Shown here: positions 52,746 to 64,000 of the stretch, one piece after another | Numbering within the stretch: position 1 is the first letter of the stretch | Layout of the letters: each line of letters begins with the position of its first letter | Source: Lama glama | Taxonomy: Eukaryota | DNA: 64,000 nucleotides | Reading direction: 5' to 3' | Assembly: GCA_028534125.1 (NCBI GenBank) | Contig: CM052817.1 | Coordinates: 76,882,001-76,946,000 of the forward strand | Notes under the pieces: generated by a model | Told to the model about the DNA's origin: nothing | What the model saw: only the letters and a program-made list of their open reading frames with translations | Databases searched by the model: none | Program-made: the position numbers and the translations under genes

Positions 52746-55574
52746 CTTTTTAAAAAGAAGGGTAAAGCACTGATTTTTAAAGTGCTAACACAAGAGTTCC
52801 TACTAGCAAAGGATGCCCAAATCAGTTTCATTATGAATGACCATTTATACAAATTATTTTAAGACAAAGTATCATATTAAGAGATTCAGTTCAACAATAC
52901 TTCTTGAGTATCTAAAGTACTTTACTTCAAATTTCAAAAAATTAACATCTTCTAAAATTCCACAGGATAAGAGGCAAAACACTAACTAGTATTTCAACTA
53001 TCTGTAATTCTGCTTTTTCCCTTTAACAACTATATGGGCTGCAGCAAGAACTAGGGAACTACTTTGTGCTAGGCCATGTGTTACGTGCTTTTTATAAGGG
53101 ACCTTATTTCATTCTAGCAACAACTCTGTGAGGCTTTGTGTATATTATCTTTCTTGACTTTAACAGCAATTCTATGAGGCATTTTATAGAAGAGGAAACT
53201 GGAGTTCAAAGAGATTCCCTAATTTGACCAAAGAGAAACAAAAAGTAAGAGAAAGGTCTTCATTCTTTCCACTGTCCTTGTGCTTTGTTGATAGGATATT
53301 CCTGGCCCACAGCCAGAGCCTTGAATAGCCTAGTTTTTAAACAGAATGAAGCCACATTTCTCAGTCTGGTTTCTCATCCTAAGGGACCTATTATCCACAG
53401 ACATTAGAACATGAGAGAAAAGAAAAAAATGCTAAGCAATAGCGGTGGAAAATGAAAGCTGACACAAAAGTAGGACCACCCCACCCCCACAAAAAACACC
53501 TATTAAAAAGCACCCAAGAACTCAAAAGGCATAGCTATGTGGCAGTACAGAACAATTTTACGAGACCTATGACTCTCTGCAATGCTAAGGTGATTATCAT
53601 ATACAGTACTTTATTTTCCACATAGTCTGTAATACAGGAGGAATGTAGTCCCTAAAAATTATTTCGCACAAAGGTCATCCTGGCTGTCTTCTCCAAGGGT
53701 TCTGAATAGATGAGGTGTTAGTTTGTCTTGTTTTTGTGATACTATAGAATCTAACAGAAGACTTACAGATACAAGTGATTACTAAACTGAGGCCCTTCAG
53801 AAGAGGCACTATCCAAACTCAGAATTTGCTTTTTATTTATGTGAATAGAGTTACTGAGCTACCTGGTTATCAATATGCCTTGAAATATTTTGCTAGAACA
53901 ACTTAGAAATGGAATTGAAGCCTCAACTGAAGCTTTCTGTGCTGCTGTGGTTTAAACTGAATGCTGCGCTTTGTATAAACATAATTTTTGTGGTTTAACT
54001 TTAGGCTGTTGTCTGCGGTCTTCCCATAAAATGGGAATGCGTCAGAAGCACAGCTTCGCTTCCTGTGTAGGCTGGAAACTGTTAACTGCAAAGTTTGGAG
54101 ATAGTCTCATACAGCTCTTTGCCATATGTTAAACTAAACTTGATATGAAAAATCATATCAGTTTCCAGTTTCCCCGAGCATTAAAAAGAAAAAAAAAAAG
54201 CAGCTCAAGCTTTATAAATATAAAAAGCATCTGTCTGCACAGGAAATTCTACTCTGTTATTTTGCAAATGATCCCTACTTATATTTACAAGAGAAATCAG
54301 ATCTGATGAAGTATATAGGAAGTAACGCACCATTTTGTTCAGAATTTTAAAATAGATCTTCATAACTCTGCACGGCTGGCTGGACTGTGAACTAACTAAC
54401 CATCATTGGAGAGAGATCTCAACAGTGCTGCCCAGTATGCTCCTGAGCATTTGTGCTTCCAACTGAAAGGAGATGGAATATTTTGATAGCATGATGCTAA
54501 CTTAAACATTTCTATCAGATGTAATTTTTGTGCTTAAATGCTCCCACCACCATTTCCAATTCAGGAAGACTCATGAACATTCACCAAATGTTTGGCACAG
54601 TTTTCATTCTAATTTTTTTCCTTCTCCTTGACTCTCCAAGCTTTGAAAGAATCCCTTCCATAGTCACTCACCCAGGTGCAAATATCCTTGAGTATATCTT
54701 TGGTAGCTTTTTTAAGAATCCCTTGCTGTGATTTCCTTTCTACCTGCCTCCCCATTGCCACCTATAATTTTGTCATTTCTTTTGCCCTGACCTACCATCC
54801 CATGACCCTCATAAGATTAACAGCTGAAATCCATGACCAGAACCCTAGTCATTCATCACAATCTACAAAGGACTTCACGCTGCGTTTACAATATACCATA
54901 TTTTACCAGCATCCCTCTCTCAGACATGGCGATACACCTGGCTCACTTCATCAATTCAGTGCATCAATTTTAGCTTTTTGATTTCACTGATTGTTTTCTT
55001 GCCTCACAGAGAGTACTCAAAGACTTCCACCCGACTGACTCTACCTGCCTTTTTTTTATCTCATAGCCTATCCATGCCAGTATTACCAACTAAACTCCCT
55101 TTACCCATGAAACCATAATTTTCTTCTTTTGATTTCTTCTTTTTCGCACCTTTATCTTGTCTAGTTTCCACTCAGTATTGATTCCTCTACTAACTTCAGG
55201 CTCCTTTTGCTCTCAGTTCCATTTACTTCCTTTCTTTTTTTCTCAATATCAAATCAGTTTCATATAGTGATAATTACTCATCCAAGTGTTGCCCACTTTT
55301 ACTACTCTCTCTAGTTTAAAAGTTGCTGTCTCTTCTATTAAGCTTTCACTTGTAGTTCCCTAAATAATGCTGGAAAATATGTATTAGTCTTGCAGTGTGG
55401 GTTTGATGCTCTGTTCACTAACCTTGAGATGAAGAAATAGCACCCCTTCCTCCATTGGCATCAGAAAGAGGCCACTCATGGTACATTTTCATTAAAGAAA
55501 ATGTCTAATTTTCAAACTCCCTCAACCACTTCAATATTATCTCTTCTTTATCCTATTCTGTTTCCACCTCAACA

Positions 55575-56330
55575 AAGTGTACTGTAATTCAATTCACTTC
55601 TGATGGTAACCACCTGGCATTAGCATTGGACTCCACAGGTTTAAGAGCCTATTCCCAGGAAAACTGCCTTTATTTCAGATACCAGCCAAAGTGGCTGGGG
55701 GGTCCCCAGACCACCCATCCCTCTGGCCAACTGGCTACAAATTCAGATGTTCCCACTATCCCCTTAGGCTCAATAATTTGCTAGAAAGACCCACAGATCT
55801 CAGGAAAGCACTGCAGTTAGGATTATAGTTTTATTATAAAAGATACACAGAGGGCAAGGTCGGGGAAAGAGCACAAAGCTTCCTTGCCCGCTCATGGTGG
55901 AATCAGGGCATATCACCCCCCTGAAACATCAATGTGTTCACCAACCAAGAAGCTCCACTGACCTTTGGTGTTCAGGGTTTTTACTGGGCCTTCATTATAT
56001 TGCCTCATTTGATTAAATCACCAGCCACTTGATTGAACTCTATCTCCAGCCCTTCCCTCCTTCAGAGGAATTCATCTGATATCGTATCCCTTAAAGCTCT
56101 AACCCTCTAATTACAAGGTTGGTCTTTCTGGCTTAGCCTCTCCCTATACTGAGTCATCTCATTAGCATAAACTATGTAGGGCCCACTATGAGTCACCTCA
56201 AAAGCATAAACTATTAGGACTCACCATGAATAACAAAGAACGTCTATCACTTGGGAAGTTCTAAGGGTTTGGAATTTTCCTCCTAGGAACTGGGGACAAA
56301 GTACCTGTCAAATTCTTTAGTCACAACAAT
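55575..56330 (-). mobile_element. MER21-like ERVL solo LTR (near full length)
   Basis: aattcaattcacttctga...ctggccaactggctacaaattcagatgttcccac...caataatttgctagaa...tcaccatgaataacaaaga...ggggacaaag...cacaaca. Confidence 0.85.
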
Positions 56331-56888
56331 CCTCAAGAGGATGAGTAGCCAAAGGTTTATAAACCACTTCCCTGGGAAAACAAGTTATCCAGGATCTCAC
56401 TCTGGAAATTTAGGACTTAACAGCTTTTGTCTTTGGAACTCCGATGAAAATGGAACTAAAAGAATTGCATTTTCACATCCTTAAAATTAAAATTTTTCAT
56501 TGGCTAAGCCTGCATGATTATACAAAGACCAGCAGATCCATGTATGTCAGGCTGGGACAAGAGAATCTTGACTGAGTTTGGCCCTCAGAAGCCTAGGCTC
56601 CAGCCTCCATAAATGTACACTGAGGCATTGACTCAAATGGGACGTCCTGCCAGTGACCCAGGTTGGTCAAAGGGTGGCTAAGGCACCTTTTCACTCACAG
56701 AACCTCTGTCCTAATTTTAGTTTTGCAGAGATTTGCACATCTCTCCCTCTTCTCTCCTAGCAAAACCTGTCATAAAACTAGTTCTAAGGAGAATGCGCAT
56801 GACACAGAAGAGTTTAATGAACTGTTATGTTACACTTGGTACTGAAAAAGAAAATGAAACCTTTTTTTATAAAAGTATTCATCTTCTC

Positions 56889-57224
56889 TGTGATGGTTAA
56901 TTTTACAACTTCCAGAGTAGGCCAAGGTACCCAGATATTTGGTTAAACATTATTCCAGACGTTTCTGGGAAAATATTTTTTTAGATGGCATACCATTTAA
57001 ATTAGTAGACTGCACATAGTGGATTACCCTTCATAATGTGGGTTGGCCCTCATCCAGTCATTTAAAGGCCTGAAAAGGAAGAGGAAATTCTGCCAGCAGA
57101 CTGTCTGTGGATTCAAACTGCAACTCTTCCCTGGGTCTCCAGGCTACCAGTCTACCATATATACATATATACACACATACATCCTGTTGGTTCTACTTCT
57201 CTGGAGAACTCTAACTCATAAACA
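56889..57224 (+). mobile_element. MLT2-family ERVL LTR (internally deleted)
   Basis: Starts tgtgatggttaatttta; internal cccagatatttggttaaacattatt and cataatgtgggttggccctcatccagtca; ends tcctgttggttctacttctctggagaactctaact. Confidence 0.85.
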
Positions 57225-57228
57225 TTTA

Positions 57229-57367
57229 TTTTTTATTTTTTATTTTGGGGGAAGGTAATTAGGTTTGTTTGTTTGTTTGTTTGTTTTTAACAGAGGTACT
57301 AGGCATTAAACCCAGGAACCTCGTGGATGCTAAGCACATGCTCTACCACTGAGCTATACTCTCCCTC
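57229..57367 (-). mobile_element. Camelid vic-1-type SINE, long form, at the MLT2 3' end
   Basis: gggggaaggtaattaggttt(gttt)n...gctaagcacatgctctaccactgagctatactctccc. Diverged TSD ctcataaacattta / ctcatacacactta. Confidence 0.92.
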
Positions 57368-59139
57368 CTCATACACACTTAATATTATGTAATAATATAC
57401 AATATCAAGTATCCATGATTGATTAGTATAAATGTGCTTTTATTCTCCATATCAAAGAAAGAAATGATACTTACCTGCTCTAACCATGAGCATGTCTGTG
57501 TTGGTGGTCTGCATTCTCACTTGTGCCCTCTGACCATGAAAGCTGAATGATTACAGATCATCTCTAGGCCTTTAAATTTTCTAAGAGATGCCTTATTCTC
57601 TATCATTTTTTTTTTTTGTCCCTGCATTCATACTCAATTGGCAAATGAAATGAGGCACAAATGAGTAAGACTATTTTACTTTACTTCAAGGACAGTAAAT
57701 ATGAATCACCAAATTTCTGTACAAAATATCCTATTGGCTTTTTATGTTTCTCAAGAAGTAACAATGCTAAAGAAACATGTAATGGGAAATAGCTGTTTAA
57801 TTACATCTCCAAAGAGCACTAAAACATAATTGAAATATAATAGACACAGCTGCTAAAGTGTATTTTTAAATGCCTATTGAATTTCAAAGAAATATTAGAG
57901 ATGTTTTATCATTATTTAATATTCCAGAAAGCATTCTGCTTCATGTCATATATAGATGCAAACTAAAACATTTTAATAGCCTCTATTCATTTTAATTATT
58001 TTGAAAACATAAGAAAAGCTTAACAAATTTAGTTCATCTTAACAGGAAAAGTAATCAAATGTACCAAAATTAGCATAATATGTAAGATCTGAGATGATAA
58101 GTCTCTGTCAAAGCCAGTAAGTACAAGATTAAATCAAAATGGTAAATAATTTTATTATGTATTACATATTTATCATAAATTATATATAGTAATTTTTTAA
58201 CATAATGTGTGTATACATAGTATATATAGAAATAGAATAGAAATATATATAGATATAGAAACCCTCTAAGATATTATCACTTCCTATTAAGTGATGTTTG
58301 AATAACATTTAGACCTTAAAAGCATTGGATTTGATAAATTTGGAAGGCAAGGAAATTTAGCTGAACTAATTCTTCCATGAGCAGTCATTTATATCAAATT
58401 TAATCTGAAAGTAGCGTCAACAAAGCTAATGGTTTTGAACATTCACTCACCCACTCTATTCTTGGGTACAATTGATTGGCCTCCTATATTAAAGTGGCTT
58501 TTACCTCCATTTTCTGGTAACTCAAAAACAACTTAATTCTGAAAATGTTATCTTAATTTTGTTTAATTTATTTTTAATTTAATAATACTGTTGATGTTCT
58601 CATTGTATCTATTTCCTATGTGCTTAACATTTATCTGGAGTTGAGTAGGCCTTACCTCCCAGTTTATAGTGAAACCAGTTTATTTGTAAATAGGGAAAAT
58701 TTTCACTTATGCAGATGGGCCTCAAGGCATACAGACACTCAAAGAGAAAGACAGATACTCAAGAGTGAGTGTAACACACATACATACACACACCCCTACT
58801 CATTTTATCTTGTTTACAGAGTGACAGACAAGTGAGTTCATTCCAGATAGAGTTCACCCATTCACATGTCATTTAAAAAAAAAAACCAGAATGAAAGTCT
58901 TGCTAGATATAGTGAACCTTTCCCTGCCTTCTATATCAGAGTGGTCTGCATGTGATTTGCTTATCTCTTTGTGCTCTAATAATTTAATATCCACAGAGTG
59001 TAGGGCATTTTACAATAGAGGGTCTGGTCAGTGATGCTAATGTTCTTATATTAGTTCTTTTGTAGGTTTTTCTTTCTTCATCTTTGGAAATACAGCTGGA
59101 GATAGTAGCCATTTCTTGATACTGTCCTGGGCCAGATCT

Positions 59140-59340
59140 GTCTGTGTAGTGCAGTGTGAGAGAGTCCAGGCTTTGCATTTAGATACAGCTGGGTTTAGAT
59201 CCTAACTCAGCTGTTTCCTAGCTATCTGGTTTGTCTGACTGTAAAATGGGGACCATAATACCCACCTCCGTAAAGGTTCTTCTTATGAGTAATGAGATTA
59301 CAAATGTATACTACTCACCACATAATGAGCATTCACTGCA
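59140..59340 (+). mobile_element. MIR SINE
   Basis: gtagtgcagtgtgagagagtccaggcttt...ctgggtttagatcctaactc...ctgtaaaatggggaccataatacccacctc. Confidence 0.75.
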
Positions 59341-59969
59341 TATGTGTTCCTTGCCACCACCCTCTACAGCACTCACACTAAAAACCTTGCACCCATCCTG
59401 CTTCTGACCTCTTCCTTCCTGTCACCAGTGAACTAGGCAACTACACAACCAAGAAGGTTTGAATTATGTCTGAACCAAAAGTCAATGATTATGGTAGAAG
59501 TATTTATTTATTCTGAGTACATTGACTATTAGCAGAATAAAGATCATAAGTCTAAGGGCTGATCAATCTTGACTAAGTTGGTAATATTTGAGATAGTCCT
59601 GAAAAGTGGGTAGAATTTAGCCTGAAAGACACACAGCGAGACAAGCATTCTTTACAGAGGAAACGAATATCGGGCCTGAGCATTTGGAGAATAAGGAGTA
59701 GCTCAGTTTTCTCCTTAGAGAGTGTATGTGATGGAAGAGGAGACCCAGGAAGGAATATGGGCCTATTTTATCAAGGATTCTGAGTGCTTGGTAAAGGAGT
59801 TTAACTGAGTGGAAAATAAGAAATTATTGATATTTTCTAAGCAAAAGAGTTTTGCCTTGAAGAATGTCTCTGGTGTTAGCATATGGGATGTAATAGAGTT
59901 GACAGAAATAAAAGCAAGGAAGTTATTAGAGTGGTTTCAGGCAAAAAGAAAGAAAGCCTTACCCTTACC

Positions 59970-60545
59970 AATTGCTAGTAGGAGTGTAAATTGATTCAAT
60001 CTCTGTGAAAGGTAGCTTGGCAATATCCATCAATATTCCAAATGCACATCTCATTTTCCTCAGCAATTCTACTTCCAAGAACATATCCTCAGATATACTT
60101 GTGAAAGAGCGAGCAGATTCACATGCCAGGTTATACACAGTAGCATAAAATTACAAGGACTCTTGGATAAACTAGAGCAATCCACAGAACAAGATTATAG
60201 TACTTCTATACAGTAAGAATAAGGAAGTCCCTTATGCACTCCTATTGAACAATTTCCAAGATTTAAGTTAAAAAAAAATCAAAGCATAAAATTGTGTGTA
60301 GTTTGTTCCCATTTGTGTTTTAAAAATAAAAAAAGAAGAAAAGAAATACATATACATACCAGCTTTGGTATACACAGACTATTTCTGGAAGAAAACACAC
60401 ACAACAATGATACTGTGGCTTCTTGGTAAAAGAAATGAGTGACTGAAGGACAGGAGTAAGAGGACTTTTTTTTTTTTTTTTTTACTGTATGCCTTCTTGC
60501 ACCTTTAGAATTGTATATGATGCAATACTACCTATCCAAAATAAG
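59970..60545 (+). mobile_element. Very old L1 (L1ME-like) 3' fragment
   Basis: ttgctagtaggagtgtaaattgattcaatctctgtgaaaggtagcttggcaatatccatcaa...cagcaattctacttccaaga. Confidence 0.7.
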
Positions 60546-61850
60546 TGTTAGAAGCAGTGAGGCCTGAAGTCAGAGTGGTACCTAAAGAGCTGGAAAGAAC
60601 TTACCAGAAGTTGATAGCAAGGGACAAACTTTTATAAAGGAAGAGTACAGACATCCAAGAACAGAAAGGTATGGACAGCCTAGTACTAGTCTGTGTGCCA
60701 TAAGCAGAAAGAGAATTTAAGAAGTCTTGTGATGCAGCCTGAGCCTTTGTGGAATATAATTATCATCCCATCTTTACAGATGAGGCACCTAAACATCTGG
60801 AGGTTCACTGACTCACCCCAAGTAACACAACTGAGTGTCATTGTAGCATTCTCTGTAAAGCTTTAAATGGGAGCAGTATTTGGAAAAGTATAGAAAATTG
60901 ACTTCATAGCTGGAAGAGACAGGAGAGTCCTGCCCTCCTCCTCGCTGCCCAGTTACCCACCTCCCCTCCCTAATAAGGTGAATTTTCCTATTTAGCAGGC
61001 ACTTTTCCCTCGACATTGGTGTTGAATGGAACCATTTAGTAAAAAAAAACAACCCTTGTAGTCCTTTCAGAATTCTGACGTGTCTGAAGCCTGTATGATT
61101 GTAATAATGATGATAATAATAATAATATCCAAACAATATTTTTAGGATTTTCCTTTAAGTCAATATGAGAATGCTGACCTTTCGTAGAAGACTGAATCTA
61201 CACTTCAGATTTCAGAGCCGCATTGAGTCTCCTTGTACCCGTGAGGTGCGGTTCTGGGTGGTTTCTACTATGTGAAAAGGTTGATAGTTTCAGAAAGGAA
61301 ACGTTGATAAACTCCAGTTCTATTTAACCAAATGGTTTACCTGACTCCTCTGCTAATTCACTTTTAGAAAATGTAACCCCTTATTCCGTAACAGTAGTAC
61401 TTATAGATTAGTTTATCTATTAATAAGTTATTTTAAAGGACTTGTAACTTAGAGCAATAATAAAAAATTATAGACCAAGTAGGGGGTTCCTACTACAGAG
61501 TTTTTTAAAGTAGATATTTGGGTTAGTTATGATCTTTTATGGTCTTACCACATTTTACCTCTAGAGTTAGAAACCCCTACCATGGTATTGTTCCCACTCC
61601 AGTTGCCAGAGGCTTTGGCAGTAGGTGGCCCCTGCCCGTGCTGATCATGAAGGTTTGGAATCCTTTATATTTCTTCTCTTTCTCCATCTCAGCAGAAATG
61701 CCCTTCTAGTAATCTTGCTTTTAATTAAGTTTCATATGGTACCTTAGCTGACTTTTGTACCTGGGTTGGTCTCCTTCGAAGCTCTGAAAGAACTACTTCA
61801 CTTATGCTTTCTTGTGCCAAACTTCATTTCTTAAAATGTCTTTTTTCAGT

Positions 61851-61950
61851 NNNNNNNNNNNNNNNNNNNNNNNNNNNNNNNNNNNNNNNNNNNNNNNNNN
61901 NNNNNNNNNNNNNNNNNNNNNNNNNNNNNNNNNNNNNNNNNNNNNNNNNN
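61851..61950. other. Assembly gap (100 N)
   Basis: A run of exactly 100 N, the usual placeholder for a gap of unknown size. Confidence 0.99.
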
Positions 61951-63049
61951 CCAAAATCAGATTTTCGTGCGGGTCCATTTACTTGAAGAGTCTTTGTTTT
62001 TTAATTCTGTCAGGTTTTTTTTGGTTAAATTAAACACCTTCAGGGAAGTTTAACTTCATCTCCTCTCTATATCTTCATTATGCTGTGGAGGCAGTGCTTT
62101 AAAACTAAGAAGCAAAATGTTTTCTGCTAGGAAAAAAAATGTTTTCATTGCAAAATTGAATATAACTTTTGTACAACGTTGCTGCTTAAATAAGGATTTC
62201 TCTTAATTAATCATTTTTAAATCCATCATAAGCTGTAACTGTATTCATTATCCTGTCACTTTGTAAGTCTAACAGAACAAGAACAGCTGTTGTCTAGTTT
62301 ATAAATAACGGCACCATGGTCTTTCAATATCAGAACAGCACACCCAAGGTACACAGCGCAGAATTCCCTGGAAATTGGTGGTCTGAGAGCTGGAGACACT
62401 TTTGTGCATGTAAACATTTGTTCAGCAGCCGAAGTAATAGCAATGCATTAAACCAATAGAATTACTTCTTCTGGCACCTAACAGAAATGTTAATTGATCA
62501 TCAATCATTAGCTTGTAATAAAAGGGCTGAACTTGCAGTTCTGAGTGTATAGTCAGAAAAATTAAGTGAGACAGAAATGTTATAAAAAAGACAAATGTTC
62601 CAAGCTAAATTGCTTTAAATTACATTGACCTCATCCCTGTACCTTTGAAACCTGTCCCTAATGGAGAGCAATTGATTTACCCTTCCAGCTTTTTCCTGTA
62701 AGGCCTATCAGATCCCAAATTCAAACGGGCTCTTTGCCAAATTATTCTGCAATTGAGTTTTCCTTTGAGATTCTTAAATGATGACTAAGGCACAAGCCAG
62801 GTAGAAAAATGGTACTCAATGAATTTAAGCTTTAAAAATGAAAGTGACAGCTTTTTTCTCCCATTGGACAAGGTGATAAAATTAATGGAAGTAATTTTTA
62901 GCATAAAACAGTTATAACAGCACAAAAATATGAAGACTATTAGCACCAAAGTGAGCTGTGAATGGGACCACCATGAAAAAATTTCAAATGTCTCAGCTAC
63001 ATCTAGGATAAAATGATCAAGTTCCTGGAAACTAAGGAGAATTTGTGAC

Positions 63050-63935
63050 GAAGATTTTTAGAGAAAGTTATGCTGTGCAGGGAGTGTGATCCCCACCCCA
63101 GGGGAGAGCAGAGGGTGAGTGACAGCCCTGCTGCTCATCTCGGCTCCTATGTGAGGGTCCCTGGGACCATCAGAGAGCCTGGCATGTGTTTCCTGCAGGA
63201 GAGGACCATGTTAGGCTGGTGTCTGCCTCGTGACTCAGAAAATCAAAGCATGAGAAAGAGACTGGCTAAAATAGTCTGCGTCAGAAGAGGAGGGGGCCAT
63301 ATCTAAGAAGTATGTGCCCTCTTTTCCAAAGTCAGATCAAAGGCCCCAACATCTCAGGGCCCAGATGTGGAATTCTTAGTAGGAATGTTATCCAGGAATC
63401 CTTCTAAATGGGCTCCTAACAAAGGACTGAGGGATGCAGTAACTTTGTAAAGGAAATTGCATGGGTGGGGCCTAGAAGGAGTATCTCCAAAGATCTCAGA
63501 TGGCTTTAAACATATGCCATCTGATGACATTATCAATCACGTAGTAATTCCCTGCATCCCTCTCCCTGCTTCATCTCCACGTCCCAAACACTAAGGAATC
63601 CAAAACCTCAGCTAGCAAGAATAAAATCACCCACTGGAGAAGGATAAATCAGCCTCTCTTCCCAGCCTCTCTTGCAGATTCTTTTCTGCACCAGGTCACA
63701 GCTGAGAGAGAGGAGAAGATTTAATATGGCAACAAGTTTGGAGTTTTGATTATCTTCTGGACCAGGAGATTTAAACTACTAAATCAGGACCGTGTTTAGC
63801 AACTTAAAGCTACATGAGAGCTTTCTGTTCGCCTAAGAAGCTAAGGAGACCACGCTGCCTGCACCAGCCTTCATCCAAAGATAAGAGAAAACTACCCACC
63901 CTGAATAAATGTTAAAGGGACATGTAAAACAAAGT
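63050..63935 (+). mobile_element. Possible ancient LTR remnant (LTR78-like)
   Basis: Higher GC than the flanks. ggagttttgattatcttctggac...aataaatgttaaaggga loosely resembles old eutherian LTRs; family assignment is from memory only. Confidence 0.35.
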
Positions 63936-64000
63936 GATGATATCACTTCAGTGATTATATCCCATGACTCTGAAGTGTTTAATGTATGCATTACACAAGA

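Noticed and set aside
61804..62033. ORFs containing X runs
   Set aside because: Artefacts of the 100-N gap.

Overview
AT-rich mammalian genomic DNA, almost certainly from a camelid (alpaca/llama/camel): it has six tRNA-Ala-derived vic-1-type SINEs and camelid-type L1 3' ends, and I saw no Alu, Bov-A/Bov-tA or PRE-1 copies. The whole window lies inside NDST3 (heparan sulfate N-deacetylase/N-sulfotransferase 3) on the + strand. Four intact internal coding exons are visible at 11980-12067 (88 nt), 19988-20142 (155 nt), 35660-35845 (186 nt) and 40841-40969 (129 nt). All have AG/GT boundaries and splice into one open frame of 186 codons from the N-deacetylase domain; by analogy with human they are exons 3-6. 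The rest is intron filled with L1, L2, MIR, vic-1 SINE, MER21/MER77-like and MLT LTRs, MER5 MITEs, microsatellites and a 100-N assembly gap. I found no prokaryote-style novel system. The most interesting lead is that the four exons form a 558-nt phase-0-to-phase-0 block between two long introns that carry reverse-complementary repeats, so a back-spliced circle would be a stop-free endless ORF. Repeat family names come from recalled consensus sequences, and repeat boundaries without a stated TSD are approximate.
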